From Nemertoderma westbladi (taxonomy: Eukaryota > Animalia > Xenacoelomorpha), in NCBI GenBank assembly GCA_032718475.1, contig JAUCBJ010005941.1, forward strand, positions 1 to 33,518: DNA of 33,518 nt. Reading direction: 5' to 3'. A program made the translations under genes and the position numbers. The number at the start of each line of letters is the position of its first letter. Within the stretch, counting starts at the first letter, position 1. Shown here in pieces: positions 1-9,935 of the stretch. The notes below the pieces were generated by a model. The model saw only the letters and a program-made list of their open reading frames with translations, ran no database searches and was not told the DNA's origin.

Positions 1-2
1 TA

Positions 3-1232
3 TGTCTTATACTAAGGTTTCTACTTTACCATAACTTTTTTAGGTATAGTGACAAATTTTACCTCCAAATCTCTGGTGCGCCCATGGGAGGCTCACATAG
101 CGGTGATTATGCCGTTATAGCCTCATGCAGAGTCCTCAAGCGAGCCCTAAATACCACCCTTTACTCAGCCCAGTATTTTAAAACACTCGTTGACGATAGT
201 ATTGTTGAATTCGATAGGGAACTTAACACCAATGAGTTAAGTGGTTTGAAAACGTCACTCAACCAAGCCTGCCTCGAACTATATAATACGAACTCAATAC
301 ATTTCACCATAGAACACTCCTACTCCACCTTAAACTACCTTGACCTCACAATATACCGCCAAGATGACAAATTACTTACCCACCTATATAAGAAGCCCAT
401 GTCCAATAAATTACCCATCCTATACGCTAGTTTTCACCATAAACCCACCCTACTCGCAGTTGGTAAAGCTGAAATCCTCCGTTACCGCAGACTTACTGAC
501 TCAGATAACCTTTTTAATGTCACCCGCCATAATTACTTGGAACTATGCAAACTTAGAGGATACCCACTAAACTTCTTACTATCAATGTATCTATGGAAAC
601 CAGCCAAACAGTTACCCGCCACCTACACCACTATACAGCATACTCACCCTCCCCCCATCTACATACCCACAACTCCTTATTTTTTAACATCTATGTCCAA
701 AACCATCGCCCGGCATCAAAACCACCTTAGTAACATAGGTATTGCCATTAAACCCGTCCCACGCAACCTCCCAAACCTTGGACAAATGCTTATACGTAAA
801 CTAGACCCACTTATCTCGGTAGGTAATCACCAATGTCGCGCTCCCCGTTGCTTATGTTGTCTAGCCATTACAAACCTTCGTAAAACACACTGGAATGAAT
901 CCATTCACGACCGCTTTAACTGCAAATCCCACAATGTGCTCTACATTATCTCCTGTAGAACTCATCCGAGTGATTTCTACATCGGCCAGACGGAACAATT
1001 CCTCTACGACCGGCTTAATAAGCACAGACATAGTATTAGGGAAGCCCGTAAAGGCTGCGACCCAACTAGCCCCGAAATCCTTCTCCTACAACATTTCACT
1101 AACTGTGAAATAGACCAACTGACCGTAACCTGCTTTAAACAGTTCCGCAACCACCAGCGACGAGTTCATGCAGAGTCCTGTTACATTAATATGATCCACC
1201 CAACTCTTAATAAAGTTATACCTTCTATGTAA
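3..1232 (+). CDS. PLE polyprotein C-terminal part: reverse transcriptase, thumb, Cys knuckle, GIY-YIG endonuclease (Neptune-like)
   Basis: The frame is open from base 3. Motifs: NFFRYSDKFYLQISGAPMGGSHSGDYA (PLE Q..G.PMG), FKTLVDD, LNYLDLTI, LYKKP...SFH, CRAPRCLCC, CKSHNVLYIISC...FYIGQT...RLNKH, R..AES.YI....P.LN. A Cys cluster between RT and EN is typical of Neptune-type PLEs. Confidence 0.92.
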   Translation, partial: CLILRFLLYHNFFRYSDKFYLQISGAPMGGSHSGDYAVIASCRVLKRALNTTLYSAQYFKTLVDDSIVEFDRELNTNELSGLKTSLNQACLELYNTNSIHFTIEHSYSTLNYLDLTIYRQDDKLLTHLYKKPMSNKLPILYASFHHKPTLLAVGKAEILRYRRLTDSDNLFNVTRHNYLELCKLRGYPLNFLLSMYLWKPAKQLPATYTTIQHTHPPPIYIPTTPYFLTSMSKTIARHQNHLSNIGIAIKPVPRNLPNLGQMLIRKLDPLISVGNHQCRAPRCLCCLAITNLRKTHWNESIHDRFNCKSHNVLYIISCRTHPSDFYIGQTEQFLYDRLNKHRHSIREARKGCDPTSPEILLLQHFTNCEIDQLTVTCFKQFRNHQRRVHAESCYINMIHPTLNKVIPSM

Positions 1233-1415
1233 TGCAAAATAATTTAATCATGTTAATCCTGCCACCCACCCGATACTAACTATCTACTGTATGTAGACTT
1301 ATTTATTAATAATTTGATAAATTTATTAAGTGCAATAACTACTGTATAAATATGCACTTAACTTAACTTATTTCCAGTAACACATTTGCTTAGTTTTAAT
1401 CTTTGATATTATTTT

Positions 1416-1515
1416 TAATTTTCTACTGTTTAAATGTTTGGTGCAAAATAACACATATATTATTAATTTTTCTAATGTTTAACTATTTGGTGCAAAATAA
1501 CACATATATTATTAA
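1416..1515. repeat. 49-bp tandem duplication in the PLE 3' UTR
   Basis: tttggtgcaaaataacacatatattattaa occurs at 1437-1466 and 1486-1515. Confidence 0.85.
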
Positions 1516-1862
1516 GTTTCTCAAGCCACTCACCCGCAATTAACTACCTACTGTATAAATTATGTTTACTTGGTTATCTTTTAGCAACTACTGTAAAGGT
1601 GCAACATACCGTACACACGGTACACGTATGCAGCCTGATGACAGGCAGTCAGTGCTTATGCTGTAGCGCCGTAGCCCCACCACAACTATGCAACTGCACT
1701 ACCGGTACTCACAACGTTTCACTGTTTTAATTAGGCCCCTAAATATTTCAATGTAAATTTCCCATTATTTACTGTAAATGCTGCTTGGTAGGTACCCTAA
1801 ACTTTTAAATTGTGAACTAATTTTTAAATTTAATTATATTTTAACGCTATTTTAATTGAATA

Positions 1863-1904
1863 TACCGCTGAAGACGCCCGCGAGGGTGAAATGGCCATAC
1901 GGTA
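1863..1904 (+). ncRNA. Minimal type I hammerhead ribozyme
   Basis: Stem I TACCG(1863-67)/CGGTA(1900-04). Core CTGAAGA (1868-74) plus one extra C. Stem II GCCC-GCGA-GGGT with a GNRA loop. GAAA at 1888-91. Palindromic stem III ATGGCCAT. Predicted cleavage after AUA at 1899. Confidence 0.9.
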
Positions 1905-1994
1905 AATAATTAACTTCATTTTTTATATATCCACGTGGTGAAAGACCCTTCCTTGCCTTTATTAATCCCGTATTCATGGAGGGTGGTTGATACT

Positions 1995-2391
1995 GTACAG
2001 GCGGTATTGTACCATAAAGCTCGGCGTTTGTCATGTGTTGTCTCCAGCTGATGTTTAGGGCTGTCCTTATTAGTCTTGTGTAGCAACCATCAATTCGTTG
2101 TTAAAGTGATTTAATCAGAGTCCAGGTCTCACCCCCGTATAAAAATACACTTTCCACTGTGGCTCGAAAGAACTTAGTCTTCAGGTACCTGGAAAGATCT
2201 GATTTCCAGATGGTATCCATTTTGGATAGAGCTACCCAAGCCTTTGCTTTACTAACTTCTAGGTCCTTTTTGCTACTCTCTATCCATGATCCAAGGTACT
2301 GGAAGTCGACGACCTTCCTTAGTTAAATATTATCAATGGTTGTCAAGTTTCCATCAACATTAAATGTCATGAATTCGGTCTTGGTAGCATT
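1995..2391 (-). pseudogene. RTE-clade LINE family A, downstream RT fragment
   Basis: Minus-strand translation NATKTEFM...DFQYLGSWI...KAWVALSKMDTIWKS...RATVESVFLYGGETWTL...ISWRQHMTNAELYG, with in-frame stops. It continues the 4596-5310 fragment. Confidence 0.9.
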
Positions 2392-2559
2392 TGTGAGCGG
2401 ATTCAATTCCGCCTCACCAACCCCATAAAGTTGGGAAGTGGCGCCTTTAAGCAATATTGGGGATACGAGGTTAATCCCAATTAACCTCGTATCACACAAC
2501 CAATAACGGGGACAACACACGGCCCCAAAGAGCCACACACAAAGGAGGTCAGAGGTTAA

Positions 2560-4129
2560 CCCTATTAAACCCGGGAGGTGGGTCAATATGACCCCCACCC
2601 GTGGTTTTTTTATTATAATTCTGAAACAAACGCAGTTGGGAATCTGAAATTTTATGACTTTTCCTAAAAATCTATTGTCTTCCTAGTATTGAAAACCGTT
2701 TTCAAAAATATTGGATACTTTTCGAGTTATGCACCATTTTTTAACCCTACTTTTGGCACTTTTTTTGAGACGTTTTTTGAAAATTACATTTCATTAAATA
2801 TGAATTGTAACATCTCTATTTTTGATTTACACCGGTTTTTTGGTGTTAGAAATTGGATAGAATTCATATAAATTGATTTAGAAATTTCAAACTTGTTTTT
2901 TTCGGTGGGTGCCAAATTTTGGTGCCAGCACCAAATTTTGAAATAAGTCAATTTTGTAAATTGATCGTTTGAAACTTGTTTTTTACGCAATTTGGGTTTT
3001 TTGGGTTTCTGGATTCGATGAAATATATACGAGTTGCACCAAGCGTATCAAACTTGTATTTTTCGGTGCTGTGTGCAAATTTTGGTGCTAGCACGAAATT
3101 TTGAAAATCTGTTCAAATAGATAAAATTGCTTGTGACAATTTATTTCTTGCGTTTTAGAGGTTTATGGCTGTTCTGAATTCAATGGAATATATAATTATC
3201 GAACTAGACATCTCAAACTTGTATTTTTCGGATGTGGGTGCAAAATGTGGTGCTAGCACCAAATTTTGAAAACCATCAAATATATCAATTGATTGTGTCA
3301 CCTTGTTTCTTGCGTTATAAGGGTTTGTGATGGTTCTGAATTCAATGGAATCAGTAAAAATTTCATAAGAGTTCTCAAACTTGTATTTTTCGCCGGTGGG
3401 TGAAAATTGTTGTGCCAGCACCAAATTTTGGAAAATATGCAAATTGATCAGTAGATAGTATCACCTTGTTTCCTGCGTTATCCGCCGGTTTATGAGGGTC
3501 CTGAATCCGATGGAATCAATAAAAACAGCACTGGACATCGCAAAATTGTACTTTTTGCGTGATGGGTACGAAATTTGGTGCTAGCACCAAAATTTGCCAA
3601 ATTACGCCGAAAAATACAAGTAGCAATGATCTGGCATATTAGAAATGTATACCATTAGAATCAGCGCCCTCGAAAACCTGAAAATGTGAATTTATAGCAT
3701 CGTATAAGTAAATTAAAAATTTGTGTCCTAACTGAAAAGTTCTGGTTACTTGTTTTTTTCATTTTTTTCCTACGCAGAGAGGACTAAACAGCCATTTATA
3801 GTAATCATATCATTTTTAAATATTTTCCAATGTATTCTGCACCCCAGAAAACCTGTTTTGAAAAATAATTAGCCGAAAATGTAACTTTCAAATTTTGTGA
3901 AAATTGTGCACTACTTGCAATTTTGGTGCTGCAATATAACCACCCTAGTACATTTTTTCGAAAAATTCTTTTTTCGGTCGGATCCAGACAAGTGATACCT
4001 ACGAACAAACAAAAAATCAGACGTTTTCGTAAATATTTGTAGATTTTAGAGGGGGGGGGGGGGGGGGGGGGGTCAATATGACCCCCACCCGGTATTTGTA
4101 CAACATTGTATAGCCCGGTACTAATAGGG
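2560..4129. mobile_element. Non-autonomous piggyBac-type element (MITE)
   Basis: TTAA TSD at 2556-59 and 4130-33. Imperfect 16-bp TIR CCCTATTAAACCCGGG / CCCGGTACTAATAGGG. Subterminal motif gggtcaatatgacccccacccg near both ends. No transposase ORF. Confidence 0.88.
2885..3600. repeat. Five diverged ~163-bp tandem units inside the piggyBac MITE, each with a tttggtgctagcaccaaa-type palindrome
   Basis: aaacttgtatttttcgg-like starts at about 2889, 3051, 3215, 3377 and 3542, each followed by ggtgc(t/c)agcac(c/g)aaatttt. Confidence 0.85.
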
Positions 4130-4595
4130 TTAAACCTCCTGGAGAGGGAAAATGACAGCAGTGGGGGGAAGCGCTCCCACAGAGGTGAGAGGCGTGAAGT
4201 GGGCTAACAGCCAATGAGAGCAGGGGAGAGAGTATCCACTGGGTAAGGGCTATAGTAATGTAGGACACAGCTATACTGGTGTGTTACATATATTTACTAC
4301 CCACGTGCCAGTATATTCAGTTTAGTTAGTCAGTTACCGGTCTCAGTGTAGAAGGAGGATATTGTTTTACCGTTGTCACTGGTGTGTCATCATTATTCAG
4401 TGTATTCAACTTATTCAACCTTGTGCTATTATACAACTCTTACGCTATCACACATTAACTCTTATATTATTATACATCACGGCGAAAGGCGATATCCATT
4501 TTCGATATCAGCTCATCCTATAACACCCTATACCAGCTTGACGACGCGTACGAAACAACTACTCCAGTCGGGATTGATCCGTCGATCCCGTCACA

Positions 4596-5310
4596 GCATT
4601 TATATGCAATCCAACCTCCTTTGCAGCCCTCTCCACTTTATTTAGAAGCTGTGCATCTGCTAGCGTATTAGAGAGCAGGGCGATGTCATCCGCAAAGTCG
4701 GTGTCTGTGACTGTAGTTGCCGGATATCTACTACTTCTGCGTTCTTGAAGTGTGAATCCCAGATCTTCACCCTTTGTGGCCGTCCTCATTGCGTAATCGA
4801 GCACAATTACAAATAGTAATGGTGCTAATGTGTCATCTTGCAGTACGCCAGCCAGGACTGAGAAAAACTCAGTTTCACCATCTGGTGAGAGTACCTGCGC
4901 TTCTGTGTCACAATATAACAATCCAATGCCAGCAACAATTACTTCTGGTATTCCATAAGCTCTTAGGATTTCAAGCATTTTACCTCTATGGATGGAGTCG
5001 AATGCCTTCTTGAAGTCCACTAAAGTCATGACTGCGGGGAGATTCTTTGACTTAATTAGTTCAATCAGTCTCCGTAGTGCAAGTATCTGAGCTATTGTTG
5101 ATCTACTTGGTCGAAATCCGTTTTGGCTCTGACGCAGTAGTTTCTCTATGTGAGGCCTAATCCTATATAGAATCATTTTATTGTATATTTTGGCAGCTAC
5201 CACAAGCAGACAGATCCCACGATAGTTTGTTGGTATGCCGAGGTCTCCTTTCTTGGGGAGAGGCTTTAGTTGACCTTTAGTCCAAATTGGTGGTGGCTTT
5301 TCCCCTTTTA
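4596..5310 (-). pseudogene. RTE-clade LINE family A, RT core (5'-truncated)
   Basis: PKKGDL..PTNYRGI, QNGFRPSRST, VDFKKAFDSIHR, GVLQDDTLAPLLF, DTDFADD. Confidence 0.93.
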
Positions 5311-5504
5311 TTTAAGGTTGATTTAATTTAAGGGATTACTTGATAAAATTTACGGGATCGAATAACCTGCTCATTACTGATAAGCAGATCCTCTTAGTCA
5401 GTGACCCTTGGATGGGTTGAGATTTTACTCTTACCTGGAGGGTATCGTCGGTGGGGTCTCAAGCCAGACCCAAAACCCTGGCTTTCCTGGTTCTGTTTCG
5501 TTTC

Positions 5505-5826
5505 CGTTTCTGCTCCTTTTTCTCATTTTGTATTGTAACTGTTTATTTTTTGGTTAGAATAGCCCGCCTCTGTTACCTGCTCCTTTCCCTCAATTGGTAT
5601 GTTACCTGCTCTTTTTTCTCATTTTGTATTGTAACTGTTTATTGTTTTGGTTAGAAAAGCTCGCTTCTGTAACCTGCCCCTTTCCCTCAATTGGTAATTT
5701 TGTCGTTTATTGTTTTGGTTAGAAAAGACCGTATATTTAACCTGCCCCTTTCCCTCAATTGGTATTTAATCGTTTATTGTTTTGGTTAGAAAAGACCGCC
5801 TATGTAACCTGCTCCTTTCTCTTAAT
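5505..5826. repeat. Tandem repeat, about 4 units of 67-96 bp
   Basis: gtttattgttttggttagaaaag...acctgc(t/c)cctttccctcaattggta-type units at about 5541, 5637, 5705 and 5772. Confidence 0.85.
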
Positions 5827-6532
5827 TGAAGAAATGCATACATAAAATGTCATTCTGCGGACAACAAAAGTATTATACAAAATTCGTAAAAAATTGCGGA
5901 CAAAAAGATCAAATGAACGGACATACAAAATCACTGCCAAAAAGTATTATGCTGCCTGTATGTACTGTATATGGTAAAACGAACTTAGATCCTATGTACA
6001 GTATATAGAGTATGTATAAGTCAGAAACAACTAAACAATTTTTTGCAATCAAGCCTAAGGGGAGTGTTGATCAGCCTAGGCTGAGATAACTGGGGAGTCA
6101 TGTTTGGTGGGGAGTTATCTCAGCCTGTTACACCGGCCTTGGCATCAAGGTTATGAAGCAGACTATATAACACTACAGTAGCCGCTAAAAATATGTGTAA
6201 AAATATATTTTAGTGAGGCGGTGCGATTAGTTTACTGAAACAAAATATTTTATGTGTACCGAAGCTTTGACCTATTAGATTGCCATCTGTTATTCAGGGT
6301 TCTGATTTCCTGGTCAGCCTAATTTTTATAGACTTTAGTCAGAGTGCTGAAGTGAGTACTTCAGTTATTGGATAGTTAAAAAACACGAAAAATACGAAAT
6401 TATCAACGAAAATATCGAAATTATGAAACATTCGACAAAATCTCGCTTTCCAGTAAGATCGGTATTATTATAAGAAGGCACACTTTACATTTTTTAATTA
6501 ATAAAATGCTATAAATTGCGCCCCATGTTCGA

Positions 6533-7909
6533 CCCTTTGGGCACCAGGCGCTAAAAAAACACTCCCGCTACTGTCCCAACATTTTAGGGTAAAAAACTGA
6601 TTTTTTTTAAATCGTCATATCTTTACCTGTGTTGGTCGTAGAAGTGAAAATTTTTGTTATTTGGAATCAGCATAAAATTCTACACCTGAAATTACTTAAA
6701 TTTTAATTTTTTTTTACATTTTTGGTGTAAAAAATTAAATTTTTAAAAAAATTTAATTTTTTAAAAATTTTGTCCTGTCCTTCCATTCTGTCCTTCCAAC
6801 CAACGTCGGATTGTTCGAAGTTGAGTTCTCCCCCAGCACTTTCTCCGAGATTACCGGGATCTAGAATCTTCCATATATCTGCAGGCGGTTGCAAAGTCGG
6901 AGTGTTTGTACAGTAATTGCAGGTACCGGTACCGGTACATCTACGTCTACGTCTACATCCTCAATATCATCTTCTTCCTCTGAATCATTAGTGGGGAGGA
7001 TATCTGATGCATCACTCCCTTCTTCATCATCTGAATCGATACAACTATCGCTACTGTGACTTTCAATATCATAGCCATAGCAACAGGGAGGCTTCCTGGG
7101 TCTCCGTGGGTAACGATCCATTATACCATTGTTAGTCTATAGGCCTACTAGGCCCAACCAGTAAAATGACTACAAGACCTGACTAACCCTAAAGCTTATC
7201 CAAAACTAAAACGACCCATGCCACTGGATATTACACTAAAATTTTGAAACTATAACTTAGGGTTAGGATTACATCACAATTTTATTTAGGGTCAAGTCCT
7301 CACTACAGACCTAACCAAAACAATAAACTAAATAGACCCACACTACCCAATACCAATAGGCCTATTACAAAATAGTTCCTTATTATGCCTACCGTAATAC
7401 AGTAATAAAATGCAGCAGTGATATGGATAAGAACACTGAACAGTAACCCTAAAAAACTGTTGATACAATATTTTCAATTTGTTGAAAATATTGACGGCTA
7501 ACCAAAATACTAAACCAAAAACACATGTAACTGTTAACAGGAACAACAGACAGACTGTCATACAAATGCCACTCTTATCATACATACTGCAATAGGCTGA
7601 CTAAACGACAAGAAAATAGGTAGCATGCAAACCAAAACAGATATGAGATACGGTAAATAAGGACGGCCACCAAATCCTCAACACTACTGGCCTACTGCCT
7701 ACTGACTGGCACAGAATGGTTTAAATTTCCCGCTACCTAGAGTGAAGTGTGCTGAAATATCTCCCAACTGTCCCAGGTACCTACATAACACATCAGCTGG
7801 TGAACCAGTATCAAAGGAAATTGCTAAGGAACAGTATAACTTAATGGCATATATGTATGCCATGGGACACCAGATGGTGGCATAGTATTATGCCATGGTG
7901 CCCAAAGGG
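6533..7909 (-). mobile_element. Internally deleted piggyBac-like transposon with a remnant transposase N-terminus
   Basis: Perfect 14-bp TIR CCCTTTGGGCACCA (6533-46 / 7896-7909). TTAA on the right flank and TCGA on the left. Subterminal palindromes tggcata...tatgcca. Minus ORF at 7121 encodes an acidic Ser/Asp/Glu region, then after a frameshift W......F....G, which resembles piggyBac N-termini. Confidence 0.7.
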
Positions 7910-8419
7910 TTAAAAGTAATTTAACACCAAATACTGTCTGCTGGTTGGTTATTTTTTTTTTTTAATTTTTATTTTTTTCCTCTCCAGTCCATATATATTA
8001 ATCAGAGTTGTACCTATTAAATTCAAAATCGCATCGACAGATATTATTATTATATTATTCGGGTGGAGACACCACTGTTATAGCAGCATATTAATAATTG
8101 AAATAAAATTAAATCCTAAAACAGATAAAACTCACTAAACACAAATCCGATAACTTCCAAATCACTAAAATCACTAAAATCACTAATCACTAAAATCACT
8201 AAAAAACAAGACGGCTCACGCTATGGCATAAAATAAAACATTATAATAAGCAAGTAGAAAGTCTAAATTGCCTAAATACAAAACAGAAATTACAGTACAG
8301 TTATTCTCAGAAAATTATTAAGCATTAACCTTAAAAAAAAGATTAGTCTATAAATTATACTGTACATAATTGATAAATACAAAATAAAAAAGAGCTAAAC
8401 ACAATTACATATTTCTATT

Positions 8420-9935
8420 AAATTTTAGATATTTAGTGAAGTCATGTGATTGAAGGCGTGATTTAAAAATATCAGCAGTGGCAGAAGTGACTAAATTACT
8501 TGGTAGTGAGTTCCAAATCGGAACAATGCGATTGGGGAATGAATTTTGTAACGGTGACGTTACTACAATGGTTTTGTATTAATTTATAAGGGTGGCCCCT
8601 TAGATAAGAAAGATATGGCCTCCTAAACATATTATCAATATCTAAATCTATAGCACCATAAAATAATTTATAAACTGTATTTAAGTCATTGTGGATACGA
8701 CAAAGTTCTAGATGAACGAAGATTCAAAAATTCTAAGCGAGTGATATAATCGGCACCAGTAGCAAAATTACATTTATAAAATAGCCGGCGTGTAAAGTAT
8801 CGCTGCACGGATTCCAATTTGTCGGTTAAGCTAAGGAAGGGTCTAGCATTTTACAATAATGGATTCCATACAGCTCTACCGTACTCCAAAATAGGGCAAG
8901 CGTAGACCTTGTAAGCCAATAATAACACTTCACAATTATAAGTTGAAAAGCAACGCAATAAACAATTAATTACCTTATAACATTTAGAAATGATGTTATG
9001 TATATGAGTTTGAAAAAAATGCTTACTGTCTACCTCTATACCCAAATCACGGAACGATGACACGTTATTAAGAACATAATTGTTTAAACTATATTCAGCA
9101 CCAATGATATTGGAATTACCTATGGTAAGCACATTGCATTTGTGCGTCGCCACTTTTAGTTGCCATGTAGAGGACCAATTAGAAAAAGTAGCTAAATCAC
9201 ATTGTAGACTTTCACGTTCGCTACTACTGTACACTTAAAATAAGAGTAACGTTTAGTATCATCGCATATAAACGAGCACTGGTTGATTGAGTAAAAATGA
9301 CAGGCAAATCCTTTACAAATAATATAAACAACAAAGGCCCTAAACAAGAACCCTGCGGTTCACCAGTCTTTACGGGCATGTAGTTAGAGTAACTATTACC
9401 TATTTTTACACGTTGTATACGGTCGGACAGAAAATTTGTCAACCTTAGGAGAATATTACCGTTAAATCCAAAACTTTCCAGCTTAGCCAATAACTTTGAA
9501 GTTACAACAGAATCGAAAGCTTTCGCGTAATCTATATAATATATACAGTATCTGTAAAATGCCGATCATTAATTGCTTTGGTCCAGTTATTTGTGCAGTC
9601 GAGTAAATGGCTAAATGTGATACGTTTATTTAAAAATCCTGAGGTTACTGAGGCTCTAAGGTTAAAAGATTGTTTGAAATGAAGTGAAGAAGAATCATCA
9701 ATTTAGAAGATGTCAATGAAGAAATCAAAGAAATTGGTCTGTAATTTTCTGCACAAGATCTGCTACCTTTCTTAGGGACAATGTCTGCACATTTCCACAT
9801 GCTAGGTACAACACTGGCACTAATAGATAATTGAAACAAATTATAAATAGGGTCAGCTAATTCATTTCTCAGAAGTTTAAGCACAGCAGAGGGAATTCCA
9901 TTGGGACAGTGACTGTAATTAGGCTTCAGTTTATA
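8420..9935 (-). pseudogene. Degenerate CR1-group LINE (RT and C-terminal domain)
   Basis: WKCADIVPKKGSRS..ENYRPISL, DYAKAFDSV, GEPQGSCLGPLLF, WQLKVATHKC, RDLGI, PILEYG..VWNP, RGHPYK, IWNSLP. Multiple frameshifts. Confidence 0.88.

Larger units (their letters stand above)
1..1993 (+). mobile_element. Penelope-like retroelement (PLE), 3' portion: ORF end, AT-rich 3' UTR/pLTR and hammerhead; runs off the left edge of the window
   Basis: RT + GIY-YIG ORF followed by a sense-strand hammerhead about 630 nt after the stop. The right boundary is approximate and placed where RTE coding similarity begins (~1995). Confidence 0.88.
2392..4595 (+). mobile_element. Solo-LTR-like insertion, copy 1 (~630 bp after removing the nested MITE)
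   Basis: TGTGA...TCACA termini and perfect 5-bp TSD GCATT (2387-91 / 4596-4600). Removing it restores the RTE frame GLHINATK. CCAAT (~4211) and a TATA-like element (~4288) suggest + orientation. Confidence 0.85.

Noticed and set aside
1633-1646. CTGATGA as a second hammerhead core
   Set aside because: It lies in a simple gcctg-atga-caggc hairpin with no downstream GAAA or stem III.
2323-2598. 91-aa minus-strand ORF
   Set aside because: It is a chance chimera across MITE, LTR and RTE junctions; only the last ~20 aa are RTE-derived.
8158-8205. (aaatcacta)-type short repeat as a telomeric or functional array
   Set aside because: Only about five imperfect units, consistent with ordinary slippage near a LINE 3' region.
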